DNA of 64,000 bases from a virus, in the IMG/VR virus record IMGVR_UViG_3300023278_002223, positions 1-64,000 of that record, one strand, 5' to 3'. The notes beneath the pieces are model-generated. The model was not told where the DNA came from, did no database searches, and was given only the letters and a program-made list of their open reading frames with translations. The number at the start of each line of letters is the position of its first letter. Position 1 is the first letter of the stretch. Made by a program: the position numbers and the translations under genes. Shown one piece after another: positions 29,976 through 38,491 of the stretch.

Positions 29976-32618
29976 ATGGCTAGCAGCGGCTACGTCTATC
30001 CTTCCAGTATGTGGTCTGGCGGCATGACGCTCCCAGTCAGTGGTGACATAGGTTACGTCCAACCTTTCGATACCGCGTCCGGAAACCTGGCCAACGGGAC
30101 CGGGATATATCCACTTGCAGTGCCAAGGATTGACGCTGCAGCCACCACGGGTATCACTGGAAACTCCCACATCCTACCATATAGCGCTCAACTATTCTAC
30201 ACTGCTCTTGAGTCAATCAAGCTTGAGTACACCGCAAGAGGTGCTACCGAGCCAGACTTTCACGTCTTCTACGATTATGCCAAGACAGACACAGAGATCC
30301 TAGCAAGCCACAGCGGCCTGCTAGAGATGCCTCTGCAGAACTTCCCACACCTAGTTGAAGAAGCCCAAGAGGCAATCAGCGGACTCGTATGCATGTCCGG
30401 CTGGAGCGACAGCATGGGCGACTACATGAACAGGGTGTTCGACTATAGGATTCTCCTTGCAGACGTTCCTTCTGGAAACAGACTCCAAGACGGAGTTACA
30501 TACAGGAACATAGCAACAGGGCAAGATGAAACTATCAACTGTCTGACAAGAGCAAGATCTGGTCTCTTCCCATTGGACTTCAATGCCATTAAAAACCTCA
30601 GCTCAACCTGGGGAGTGATGGCGAGCGGGACAAGGCTATACACCGCTGGGGGAGAGTTCTCTGGAGTAGGTCAGCCTATTGGAGACAGGACAACAAGAGA
30701 GCCTGAATTCCAGCAGTTCTCGTTCATGGGTCACTTTGACTGGTTGGCCCAAAGCCTACTCTGGAGACCACCAGTAGTAGAGAGCTTCAAGAATTCCACA
30801 GACACAAACACCCATAGTCTAATTACTCACGAGAGAGACAGATGGGAGTCCGCCTCTGGGTTCTACTACGATGACCCAGACGACGTGTGGTGGCATGCAA
30901 GCGGAACCTCCCCATCGGGAGTACCAAGCAAGTCTTCCAATTACGACACCGCCGCCCTTGTCTCTGCCCCAGCCCCTTCCTCACTAATCTATGGTGACTT
31001 GGGGTACTGGAGAGTTAATAAGCAGAGGTCAACCAAGTGTACGCCAATCGGCACATATGTTACAGGAGAGTCAAGCGGAACAACCTGGGAACTTGACACC
31101 CCAGACCTTCCCAGTCTGTATGAGCAGGTTGCTCTCAATAATACCGGATCTGGCCTCGATGTAAACACAAAGGACTACTACAAGAGTGACAACTTTAGTG
31201 GATACGTTTACAATTCTGGAACCGGAAGCGGTGGGTATAACGGAGACTACGTAGACATTAACACCAAGATATACTCCGAAAGACCTCAAGACTTCTCAAC
31301 ATACAATCAGGTCGGATATGTAGACCCAGACCCTTCCGCTAGCGGAGCGTACCTTGGTCAGCCTGGACAAGCGACCACTGCCGGTGCATTTGAAGCTGGC
31401 CCAGAGATCTTTGAGACATCGGTGTCTTGGATCTCCCCTGGTGCTAGTGGCAGATGGGAAATCAGCAATTCTGTAGTAGAAGCTGGTTCTGGAATCTCCT
31501 ACCCCCTAGGCAGTGGCTCTGCAATTGTTGTAGACATGAATATCGATAGTCACAATGCTGCCAGTGGAGAATGGACATCCCATACAGGTAGAAACGACTT
31601 TGAGGGTGTACACGTTTGCTTGCAGACAAACAAGCACATTCCTCACATAATTGAAAAAGACTCCAACTCAAGGACAGCAGACCTAATCTGGACTATGGAA
31701 AAGCAGATGGTGGTCTTTGATGACTTCATTCTGTTCGATTATGTTGAAGGAGCTCAAAACGAACAGTACCAACTGTTGACGTATGACACCAACAGCATAT
31801 CCAATAGCTACAACTCAGACCTGAATGCCGCATTCGGTTCCGATGGAGTTCTGGCCTCAGGGTATAGCTTCATAAGAAAAGCCCCAACACTCATGGGGCT
31901 ATATTTCTCAAGTACGGGGCTTCAAGAGTCCCAAACCCTAGTGTCCGATGGAACGTTTTATAACGGAGGAGAAGAAGTTCTTGAGACTGTATTCAGTGGA
32001 TCTTGGAGTATGTTCGGAGACCTGCCAACAAATAGGTCAAACAGATATGGATCTCTGGGAGGAATCAACTGGAGACAGGGAGGCGGAACGCTAATCTCTG
32101 ACTCAGACCTAACAGCTGACACTGAGTGGGACTGGGGGCTTGAGGAGAGCATAGGAGCCACCTCATACCCATCAGGAGCCGTTGCCAGCATATACAGCCT
32201 AAGCGACACAACACCAACATCCGGAACAGCCTCTGGAACCCTGTACACCGTAGACCTGTGGGACAAGTACATAGCAGACATGGACAGGCTTGCAACCCAC
32301 TGGCCATCAGGAGCAGTCGGCTCTTATGATGTTGATCCAGACCTCCTTCCATCAGGAAACGATTGGGAGAGATTTGAAGATAGTACAGATTCAGGCGTGT
32401 CCGGGTGGCACAACGCCGTAGCCCGCACATCTGGAGTAGCAACAGCCCAATTTGGGCAGCTAGAGGATGACGGCGGAACCACCATTGACGCCTTGAGCTT
32501 CAATCAGCTCATATCCAACGGAGCAAGCACATTCGCTCCATCTGGAGGAGTTGGCTACAACATCAATAGCATCTGGTTGAAATACCCAGTAATATTAGGC
32601 CCAAGTGGTCTAAACTAA
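29976..32618 (+). CDS. Large Ser-Gly-rich virion protein
   Basis: 880 aa, last gene of structural operon; about 36 SG dipeptides by hand count. Confidence 0.55.
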   Translation: MASSGYVYPSSMWSGGMTLPVSGDIGYVQPFDTASGNLANGTGIYPLAVPRIDAAATTGITGNSHILPYSAQLFYTALESIKLEYTARGATEPDFHVFYDYAKTDTEILASHSGLLEMPLQNFPHLVEEAQEAISGLVCMSGWSDSMGDYMNRVFDYRILLADVPSGNRLQDGVTYRNIATGQDETINCLTRARSGLFPLDFNAIKNLSSTWGVMASGTRLYTAGGEFSGVGQPIGDRTTREPEFQQFSFMGHFDWLAQSLLWRPPVVESFKNSTDTNTHSLITHERDRWESASGFYYDDPDDVWWHASGTSPSGVPSKSSNYDTAALVSAPAPSSLIYGDLGYWRVNKQRSTKCTPIGTYVTGESSGTTWELDTPDLPSLYEQVALNNTGSGLDVNTKDYYKSDNFSGYVYNSGTGSGGYNGDYVDINTKIYSERPQDFSTYNQVGYVDPDPSASGAYLGQPGQATTAGAFEAGPEIFETSVSWISPGASGRWEISNSVVEAGSGISYPLGSGSAIVVDMNIDSHNAASGEWTSHTGRNDFEGVHVCLQTNKHIPHIIEKDSNSRTADLIWTMEKQMVVFDDFILFDYVEGAQNEQYQLLTYDTNSISNSYNSDLNAAFGSDGVLASGYSFIRKAPTLMGLYFSSTGLQESQTLVSDGTFYNGGEEVLETVFSGSWSMFGDLPTNRSNRYGSLGGINWRQGGGTLISDSDLTADTEWDWGLEESIGATSYPSGAVASIYSLSDTTPTSGTASGTLYTVDLWDKYIADMDRLATHWPSGAVGSYDVDPDLLPSGNDWERFEDSTDSGVSGWHNAVARTSGVATAQFGQLEDDGGTTIDALSFNQLISNGASTFAPSGGVGYNINSIWLKYPVILGPSGLN

Positions 32619-32619
32619 A

Positions 32620-32629
32620 TTCGTATAAT
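32620..32629 (+). promoter_or_regulatory. Putative late promoter TTCGTATAAT
   Basis: Exact motif copy upstream of a ~280 nt unit with no long ORF. Confidence 0.7.
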
Positions 32630-32698
32630 AGGATACACTAAAGAGGGCTTCGTCCGAGCCCCCTGTTTCTGTCAGTACCCCCTGAAAGGTGGTTAAAC

Positions 32699-32794
32699 AT
32701 GAGGAATTCTAGCCGACTGGTTAGATTGCTTCTGTTGTCAGCGTCTCTTGGCGCTCTCCTCCTTGCCGCTCGCATGCTTGGACTACTAGCTTAA
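32699..32794 (+). CDS. 31-aa hydrophobic peptide MRNSSRLVRLLLLSASLGALLLAARMLGLLA
   Basis: AAAGGTGG SD-like sequence upstream, TAATAA double stop; below ORF track cutoff. Confidence 0.45.
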   Translation: MRNSSRLVRLLLLSASLGALLLAARMLGLLA

Positions 32795-32883
32795 TAAGTT
32801 GCCCCACTTATATTGCTATATGTGTTGAGACCAATGTCTCCAGACAAGCAGGCTTGAAGCCGTAAGTGAGGACCAGAAACTCT

Positions 32884-32917
32884 TAGACACACGCTAATAC
32901 CGTGTGTCTATTTTTTT
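32884..32917 (+). terminator. Rho-independent terminator
   Basis: TAGACACACG-loop-CGTGTGTCTA followed by T7. Confidence 0.85.
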
Positions 32918-32943
32918 GTCTAATCTAAGTCGTCGGGGTATAA

Positions 32944-32953
32944 TTCGTATAAT
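32944..32953 (+). promoter_or_regulatory. Putative late promoter TTCGTATAAT
   Basis: Exact motif copy upstream of 32975 gene. Confidence 0.7.
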
Positions 32954-32974
32954 ATCCTGAAGGAGATATAAACT

Positions 32975-33367
32975 ATGAATAGCAGAATAGTCATTCCAGA
33001 GAACCTAGTAGTTGGCGGCATGTCCCTAACTCTCTCTATCGAGATTGTGGCCAGAAACCTCGAAACCCAAGAAGAGCAGACGTTTGACACCCCTGGACAG
33101 GGGAATCAGGCGTTAGCCCTAATTGAGGCAGAGTGGAGATCAGGATCCCAGGGAGGTAGGGCCAGAGATATTGCCAACTTCAAGGAGGATGAGAATCACG
33201 CCCAAAACAACGAGTTCGTATCTAGAACCCTCCTATTGGACCCAGTCCTTGGACACGAGTACTACGGACAAATAACAACATCAGTAACAGCCAGAGAAGT
33301 AAACATCCCAGTCGCCCCACCAGGAGACGCTGAGCCAGGAATTGGCTTAGGCATAGAAATAGAATAA
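32975..33367 (+). CDS. Hypothetical protein
   Basis: AAGGAG SD, own promoter motif, 130 aa. Confidence 0.7.
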   Translation: MNSRIVIPENLVVGGMSLTLSIEIVARNLETQEEQTFDTPGQGNQALALIEAEWRSGSQGGRARDIANFKEDENHAQNNEFVSRTLLLDPVLGHEYYGQITTSVTAREVNIPVAPPGDAEPGIGLGIEIE

Positions 33368-33440
33368 GTCGCAGGGGTCCAACTGGTCGTCGGGGCCTAA
33401 CTCACCTCTGCCCCCCAAACCCACTTGCATGTCCGGTGAG

Positions 33441-33740
33441 GTCACTAGGGCAAGCCCTAGAACCGAGCGCACCATACGCAACTCACAAGGGCTACCCCCT
33501 TGAACCCGTGGCCTAAGCCCTCTGCAAGAGCACCATACGGGTACCCCCTTGGACCCATGGCGTTAGCCCTAGACAATATCTGCCCTTAGGTTCCCTAAGG
33601 AGCAGGAAACCCCACCAACCACCATACGGCTCCACAAAGAACAAGGGAATCTGTCCAAACTCCAAGGGCCCTCTGCAAGAGCCCTTGAACCCTTACAGGT
33701 TCGTTGGACATTCACAATGGGCAAGCCCCTTGAACCCTCT
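33441..33740. repeat. Non-coding array of degenerate hairpin repeats
   Basis: CCCTTG(A/G)ACCC at 33497, 33546, 33682, 33727; CACCATACG at 33470, 33531, 33620; GCCCTCTGCAAGAG twice. Confidence 0.75.
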
Positions 33741-33976
33741 CAGACCCAGATTTTAGTAGTCCCCAACAACTATACCTGACGACCATGCCAGGATCCCCGA
33801 GAAGGGGTCCAGCAGGCTCTCTAATGCGTTCGGATATGGGGGTGACTATGATGGTAAGCAGATAAAATAAAATGGGCTGAGAATGGATGCCAGGGGGCTA
33901 CAGTCCAATTTACCAAAATAAGGTCATCGGAAGGAGGTATTCCGAGAACCCGAAGTAGGTATTTTGGGTGCAGAAT

Positions 33977-33986
33977 ATCGTATATA
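33977..33986 (+). promoter_or_regulatory. Degenerate late promoter ATCGTATATA
   Basis: Variant motif upstream of 34056 gene. Confidence 0.45.
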
Positions 33987-34055
33987 GAGGTAGCAGGGGG
34001 CTAGTCTAACGTTAGGCTGGTACGGTCGTTACACTCTAAATCTCAGAAACCAATC

Positions 34056-34472
34056 ATGAAGATTTATGACGCGGACACAGTTGCTGAAATGATGCCTCTT
34101 CTTCACTCATACAGTAGGAGCATTGAGAAGCTCTATCTGGAAGTTGAAGAGATTACCAATAACATTAATGAGCTTGAATCCCTTGAGGACGCTCAAAGTC
34201 ATGCTGGTGAGATAGAAGTCCAAGAACACCACTTTAGGCTTAAAAGCAGGAGACTTATCGATACAGCTGACGAACTTAAGAAGGATTTTGGCATAGGCGT
34301 TTGCAATCCCGTATTCGGGACACTAGACGTAGGAATTATGTCGAAATCAGGCTCCATGCACCTCATGCTTTGTGTAGATTATACATGCACAGCGGACCCA
34401 GACACCTGGCTCTGCCATGAGACATACATGGGATCGAAACAACCTAGACTCTCCAAATGGAGCGATGTCTAG
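34056..34472 (+). CDS. DUF2203-like protein
   Basis: Y..DTVAEMMPLL N-terminus, coiled coil, GTLDV...LMLC..W..H C-terminus resemble DUF2203. Confidence 0.5.
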   Translation: MKIYDADTVAEMMPLLHSYSRSIEKLYLEVEEITNNINELESLEDAQSHAGEIEVQEHHFRLKSRRLIDTADELKKDFGIGVCNPVFGTLDVGIMSKSGSMHLMLCVDYTCTADPDTWLCHETYMGSKQPRLSKWSDV

Positions 34473-34520
34473 AAAGTAAGAGTACACATAAAGAGATTAT
34501 AGTGGATTCTATAGAAATTG

Positions 34521-34559
34521 AGATCTAGCCTCTTGGTCGGGGCTAGGTCTTGTTTTTTT
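34521..34559 (+). terminator. Terminator at end of + strand arm
   Basis: AGATCTAGCC...GGCTAGGTCT followed by TGTTTTTTT. Confidence 0.8.
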
Positions 34560-34634
34560 GTAAACATAGTGCGGGTCAATACTTACAAAAATATAAAAAA
34601 AATCGCGGCGCACTCTTCGACCTATTTTCTTGCC

Positions 34635-35342
34635 CTACCCCTGTTCTCCGCAGCCCTCGCAACCGCCACATCCGTCCTCGGTCCCACAGCTGGAGCCACA
34701 GGCTCTAGGAGAAGTGTCTAGCTCTCGGATCTCCCTAGTGGCTAGATCGATGAGGTAAACAGAGTCCTGATTGTGACTTAGGGCAGGGATCTGCTCAACA
34801 GGAACGCCCTCAACTAGGCCTCGGATAGTCTTAGAGACCATCTCGTGAGTCACTACGACAGAGATATCATTGCTAGATATCAAGTTGAGAAAGTGGTCAT
34901 TGACTCTTTCGGCAATGTCCCTGTAGCTCTCGCCTCCTGGGAAGGCGTTGCTCCACTTGTTCCCCTGACGATAGGCTGTCTCCACTGGGAAGAACTGGTC
35001 CCACTCGCCTCGCTCTAGGCCCGCCACACAGCCCATATCTCCCTCTTTTAGAGCATCGTGGGTGTGAATGTTCTGAAAGTCAGACTCGATTACGTCAGAG
35101 ACGATAGTGGAGGTCTGCATTGCTCTACCCAGAGGAGAGGAGTAGAACATAAAGTCCTCACCCCCCTCCAGGGAGTCTAGAAGGAAAGAGACCATGACAC
35201 CCATTAGGAATGCCTGCTGGCAGCCCTTGGCTGTTAGGGGTGAATCAAGTCGACCTTGGGCCTTGGAAATTCTGTTCCAGGCGGTTTGACCGTGTCTGCA
35301 CAGGATGATCTTGCCCATCCCTGGCTTGCTCTTAAACTTCAT
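34635..35342 (-). CDS. Histidine phosphatase (phosphoglycerate mutase family) with Cys-rich tail
   Basis: RHGQT, SSPLGRAMQT, FPGGES, VVTH motifs. Confidence 0.85.
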   Translation of the reverse strand: MKFKSKPGMGKIILCRHGQTAWNRISKAQGRLDSPLTAKGCQQAFLMGVMVSFLLDSLEGGEDFMFYSSPLGRAMQTSTIVSDVIESDFQNIHTHDALKEGDMGCVAGLERGEWDQFFPVETAYRQGNKWSNAFPGGESYRDIAERVNDHFLNLISSNDISVVVTHEMVSKTIRGLVEGVPVEQIPALSHNQDSVYLIDLATREIRELDTSPRACGSSCGTEDGCGGCEGCGEQG

Positions 35343-35372
35343 GTTACGCTCCTAGTCTTCCTGGGGTCATGA

Positions 35373-37448
35373 TTACTTATTCTTGGCTTCTTGATCGGCT
35401 TTGTATTCGGCGATCAATTCTTCTTTGATGTCGCCTGGGGCTGCCTTGTAGTTTGCAAGCTCCATGGTGTAGGAGCTCATTCCACGGGTTGCGCTTCGGA
35501 GATCAGTTGAGAATCCAAACATCTCAGCCAGTGGGGTCTCTGCAATAATAACAGCGTCTGTTCCTTGCTGGGTGGTGTCTACTAGAATCCCGCGTCGGGC
35601 CAACATTAGGCCCACCATGTCTCCCTGGAACTCTGAAGGACCAGAGATCTCAACCTTCATGATTGGCTCTAGAATCTGTGGCTTTCCTTTGGAGTAGAAC
35701 TCTCGGAAGCATGCACGAGCGGCTGCCATAAAGGCCATGTCACTTGAGTCTACGGCGTGAGCCTTACCGTCCTGAAGCTCAACTGCTAGCCCATCGATTG
35801 GTGCGCCAACTAGTAGACCTTTAACTACGGCCTGAGCGAAACCCTTCTCAACAGATGGGATGTATTCGCGAGGAACGTTACCACCAGTGACAGTGCTTGT
35901 GAACTCCAGATCTTCTCCTTCAGCGGGGCCCATCTTTCCGATAATCCTACCGAACTGACCTGAGCCACCAGTCTGCTTCTTATGGGTGTAATCGAATTTA
36001 ACTTCGCGGGTCAAAGCCTCGCGGTATGCAACTGTTGGCTTACCAACCTCAACCTCAGCACCAAACTCACGCTTCATGCGCTCGATGTAGACCTCCAAGT
36101 GGAGCTCTCCCATTCCTGAGATTAGGGTGTCACCAGTCTTATCGTCCTGGGCGACCTTGAAGGTTGGGTCTTCTCGTGTGAAGCGACCAAGAGCCTTTGA
36201 AAGGTTGGCCTGCTTCTTACGGTCCACACACTTGATGGATAGCTGAATTACTGGCTCAGGAACGTGCATGGATGTGCAGAGTAGATCGACTCCAGGGGCA
36301 CGGAAGGTGTCACCAGAAGCACAATCGATTCCGAACAGTGCTACAATGTCACCGGCCTCTGCTCTCTCGATGTCTTCCATCTGGTCAGAGTGCATTCTCA
36401 CAAGGCGGCCAATCTTAACTACCTTGCCTGTGCGGGCGTTCTCAATCTGCTCACCCTTGACGAGTGCTCCCTGGTAAACTCGGATGTAGGTAAGCTGTCC
36501 ATACTGTCCGTCCTCAAGCTTGAAGGCGTATGCTAGGGTGTCAGCACTCTCGTCCATTTGGACCTCTTCCCCAGTCTTAGCATCAAGAGCCACGTTGGTA
36601 ACATCGCCCGGTGCAGGGAGGTATCGAGTGACTGCGTCTAGGAGGGGCTGGACCCCTTTGTTTTTGTATGCTGAACCACAGAAGACTGGGCAGAGCTCAA
36701 GAGAGATGATTCCAGCACGGGCTGCACGGTGGATTTGCTCTTCAGTAGCAGCGTCCTCTAGGACGGCCTCCATTAGCTCATCATCGAACATAGAGAGAGT
36801 GTCTAGGAGCTCCTCACGAGCAACCATAGCATCGGCCTCCATGGAAGAGGGGATCTCTTCGATTCGGATGTCCTGACCATTATCACCGTCGAAGTAGTAA
36901 GCCTTCATTGTGACGAGATCTACGAGCCCCTCAAGGTCAAGGCCCAGTCCGATAGGAAGCTGAAACATTGCCGAGTTTAGCCCCAGTTTGTCTTTTAGGT
37001 CAGAGCAGACCTGGATTGGGTCAGCACCAGTGGTGTCGCACTTGTTAACAAAGGCGAGGCGAGGTACGTTGTATCGACGCATCTGACGGTCAACGGTAAT
37101 TGACTGAGACTGAACACCAGCAACACCGCAGAGGACAAGAACAGCGCCATCTAGAACACGAAGAGAGCGCTCAACCTCAACAGTGAAGTCAACGTGCCCT
37201 GGAGTGTCAATGATATTAATAGGGTTCTTACCCCACTCAACGTGGGTGGCCGCTGAGGCGATAGTAATACCACGCTCTCGCTCTAGCTCCATTGAGTCCA
37301 TTGTGGCACCAACGCCATCCTTGCCTCGGACTTCGTGGATGGAGTGAATTCTGTCACAGTAGAATAGAATGCGCTCAGTTAGAGTCGTCTTACCGCTATC
37401 TACGTGGGCCGAAATTCCAATGTTTCTCATATCTGGATTGCTGGGCAT
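35373..37448 (-). CDS. fusA: Translation elongation factor G (spdEFG1/mtEFG1-like)
   Basis: [58 protein letters not shown]; full length 691 aa. Confidence 0.97.
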   Translation of the reverse strand: MPSNPDMRNIGISAHVDSGKTTLTERILFYCDRIHSIHEVRGKDGVGATMDSMELERERGITIASAATHVEWGKNPINIIDTPGHVDFTVEVERSLRVLDGAVLVLCGVAGVQSQSITVDRQMRRYNVPRLAFVNKCDTTGADPIQVCSDLKDKLGLNSAMFQLPIGLGLDLEGLVDLVTMKAYYFDGDNGQDIRIEEIPSSMEADAMVAREELLDTLSMFDDELMEAVLEDAATEEQIHRAARAGIISLELCPVFCGSAYKNKGVQPLLDAVTRYLPAPGDVTNVALDAKTGEEVQMDESADTLAYAFKLEDGQYGQLTYIRVYQGALVKGEQIENARTGKVVKIGRLVRMHSDQMEDIERAEAGDIVALFGIDCASGDTFRAPGVDLLCTSMHVPEPVIQLSIKCVDRKKQANLSKALGRFTREDPTFKVAQDDKTGDTLISGMGELHLEVYIERMKREFGAEVEVGKPTVAYREALTREVKFDYTHKKQTGGSGQFGRIIGKMGPAEGEDLEFTSTVTGGNVPREYIPSVEKGFAQAVVKGLLVGAPIDGLAVELQDGKAHAVDSSDMAFMAAARACFREFYSKGKPQILEPIMKVEISGPSEFQGDMVGLMLARRGILVDTTQQGTDAVIIAETPLAEMFGFSTDLRSATRGMSSYTMELANYKAAPGDIKEELIAEYKADQEAKNK

Positions 37449-37567
37449 TATGCTATTTTCCTTGTACTGTCTCTGCGAGCATACGACTCACAAAGCTTGC
37501 AGACTAGTGATTGGCTGCGAAAGTCAACCTTTTTGACTTGCTTGCGGCACTTCTTACATGTTTCCAT
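37448..37567 (-). CDS. 39-aa CxxC...CxxC microprotein [39 protein letters not shown]
   Basis: Fills the gap between promoter and fusA; TAATG stop-start overlap with fusA. Confidence 0.6.
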   Translation of the reverse strand: METCKKCRKQVKKVDFRSQSLVCKLCESYARRDSTRKIA

Positions 37568-37573
37568 ACCATT

Positions 37574-37602
37574 ATATTAGCACACAATGTGTAGCGTTTC
37601 AA
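37574..37602 (-). promoter_or_regulatory. Sigma70-type promoter TTGAAA-17-TAATAT with extended -10 TG
   Basis: Same architecture as the 41209-41237 site. Confidence 0.7.
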
Positions 37603-37612
37603 CTTTTATTTT

Positions 37613-37642
37613 AAAAAAGGCCACGCCAATTAAGGCGTGACC
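37613..37642 (-). terminator. Rho-independent terminator ending the neu operon
   Basis: GGTCACGCC-loop-GGCGTGGCC followed by T6 on the - strand. Confidence 0.85.
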
Positions 37643-37673
37643 AATGAAAGGAGAAGTGTCGTTCTCTTTAAGT

Positions 37674-38480
37674 CTATCGTAGTTCTGGGTTTGCATCGAT
37701 CCAGTCTTTAATCATACTAACGCCGACGCCCTTTAGTCCCATCTTCTTAGCAACCTCTGGGGTCACTGACTTGCTTAGCCATACGATTTCCCAACCAACA
37801 GGGTTGAGGAACTGGTCGGCAAGAATTACCTTCTTACCTCTGGCCTCTGATCTATAGAGACAGAGGTTGGCGGACTCATGCCACCATGCAAAGCTAGCGA
37901 CCTCTGTGCAGGAGAATGCTGGGTCATAGCCTCTAAGGTGTTCAACTCCATCTAGGAGAGTGGTTCTTTGGTATCCGAGATAGGAGTCTGGGCCAGTAAA
38001 GAACTCGACCTCCTTCTCAATGTCGAAGTCGAAGTCTACATCGTAGTTCTCTCCGATGATCCTCATGGCCTTATCGACTGCCACCTTCACTCCCTCTGGG
38101 CGGTGCTTGATGGTCTTGGGTCTGACAATAATAGCGTAGTCAGTCTTTAGGGGGACGATGGCGTTTACATGGCGGACGCCTTCTCCAACTGCCTCTACAA
38201 TCTTAGGCGCAGTACCGTCATCCCTAAGAGGCTCGACGTGAACCCAGGCATGCTTCATGAATCCAGGAATAGCCACATTGGACAAATACCCCTCATCTCG
38301 ATGCAGCCCGACATCTCCTGGCTTAATCAGGTACTTCAAAGCATACAAAACTTCGTCCAAATCGACTTTATAGTCATGAGGTGGAGCCCAGGTAACCCAC
38401 GGAAACCCGTTTAGGCTCCTGATGTCTCCAACGAAATCGACGAGTTTTTTCCAAAAGTATTTTTTCAAATCCCTAAACAT
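37674..38480 (-). CDS. Permuted papain-like NlpC/P60 (YiiX/YebB-like) enzyme
   Basis: KPGD, GFMKHAW, IVEAVGEGV, YDVDF, FSCTE motifs; likely start MFRDLK. Confidence 0.75.
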   Translation of the reverse strand: MFRDLKKYFWKKLVDFVGDIRSLNGFPWVTWAPPHDYKVDLDEVLYALKYLIKPGDVGLHRDEGYLSNVAIPGFMKHAWVHVEPLRDDGTAPKIVEAVGEGVRHVNAIVPLKTDYAIIVRPKTIKHRPEGVKVAVDKAMRIIGENYDVDFDFDIEKEVEFFTGPDSYLGYQRTTLLDGVEHLRGYDPAFSCTEVASFAWWHESANLCLYRSEARGKKVILADQFLNPVGWEIVWLSKSVTPEVAKKMGLKGVGVSMIKDWIDANPELR

Positions 38481-38491
38481 GTTATCCCCCT

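Larger units (their letters stand above)
32635..32917 (+). ncRNA. Candidate structured RNA (or small-peptide mRNA)
   Basis: Bounded by promoter motif and strong terminator; at least six local hairpins plus 5'-3' end complementarity. Confidence 0.45.

Noticed and set aside
2-32618. Ala-Ser-Gly as an MIO cofactor-forming motif
   Set aside because: MIO formation needs the ammonia-lyase fold, and the residue before SG varies widely here.
32635-32917. tmRNA, because the ORF ends LLA with TAATAA
   Set aside because: No tRNA-like acceptor stem, T-arm or CCA end is visible.
33441-33740. CRISPR array (given a Cas4-like nuclease at 50700)
   Set aside because: Repeats are short, degenerate and irregularly spaced with no constant spacer length; no cas1/cas2 or effector genes are in the window.
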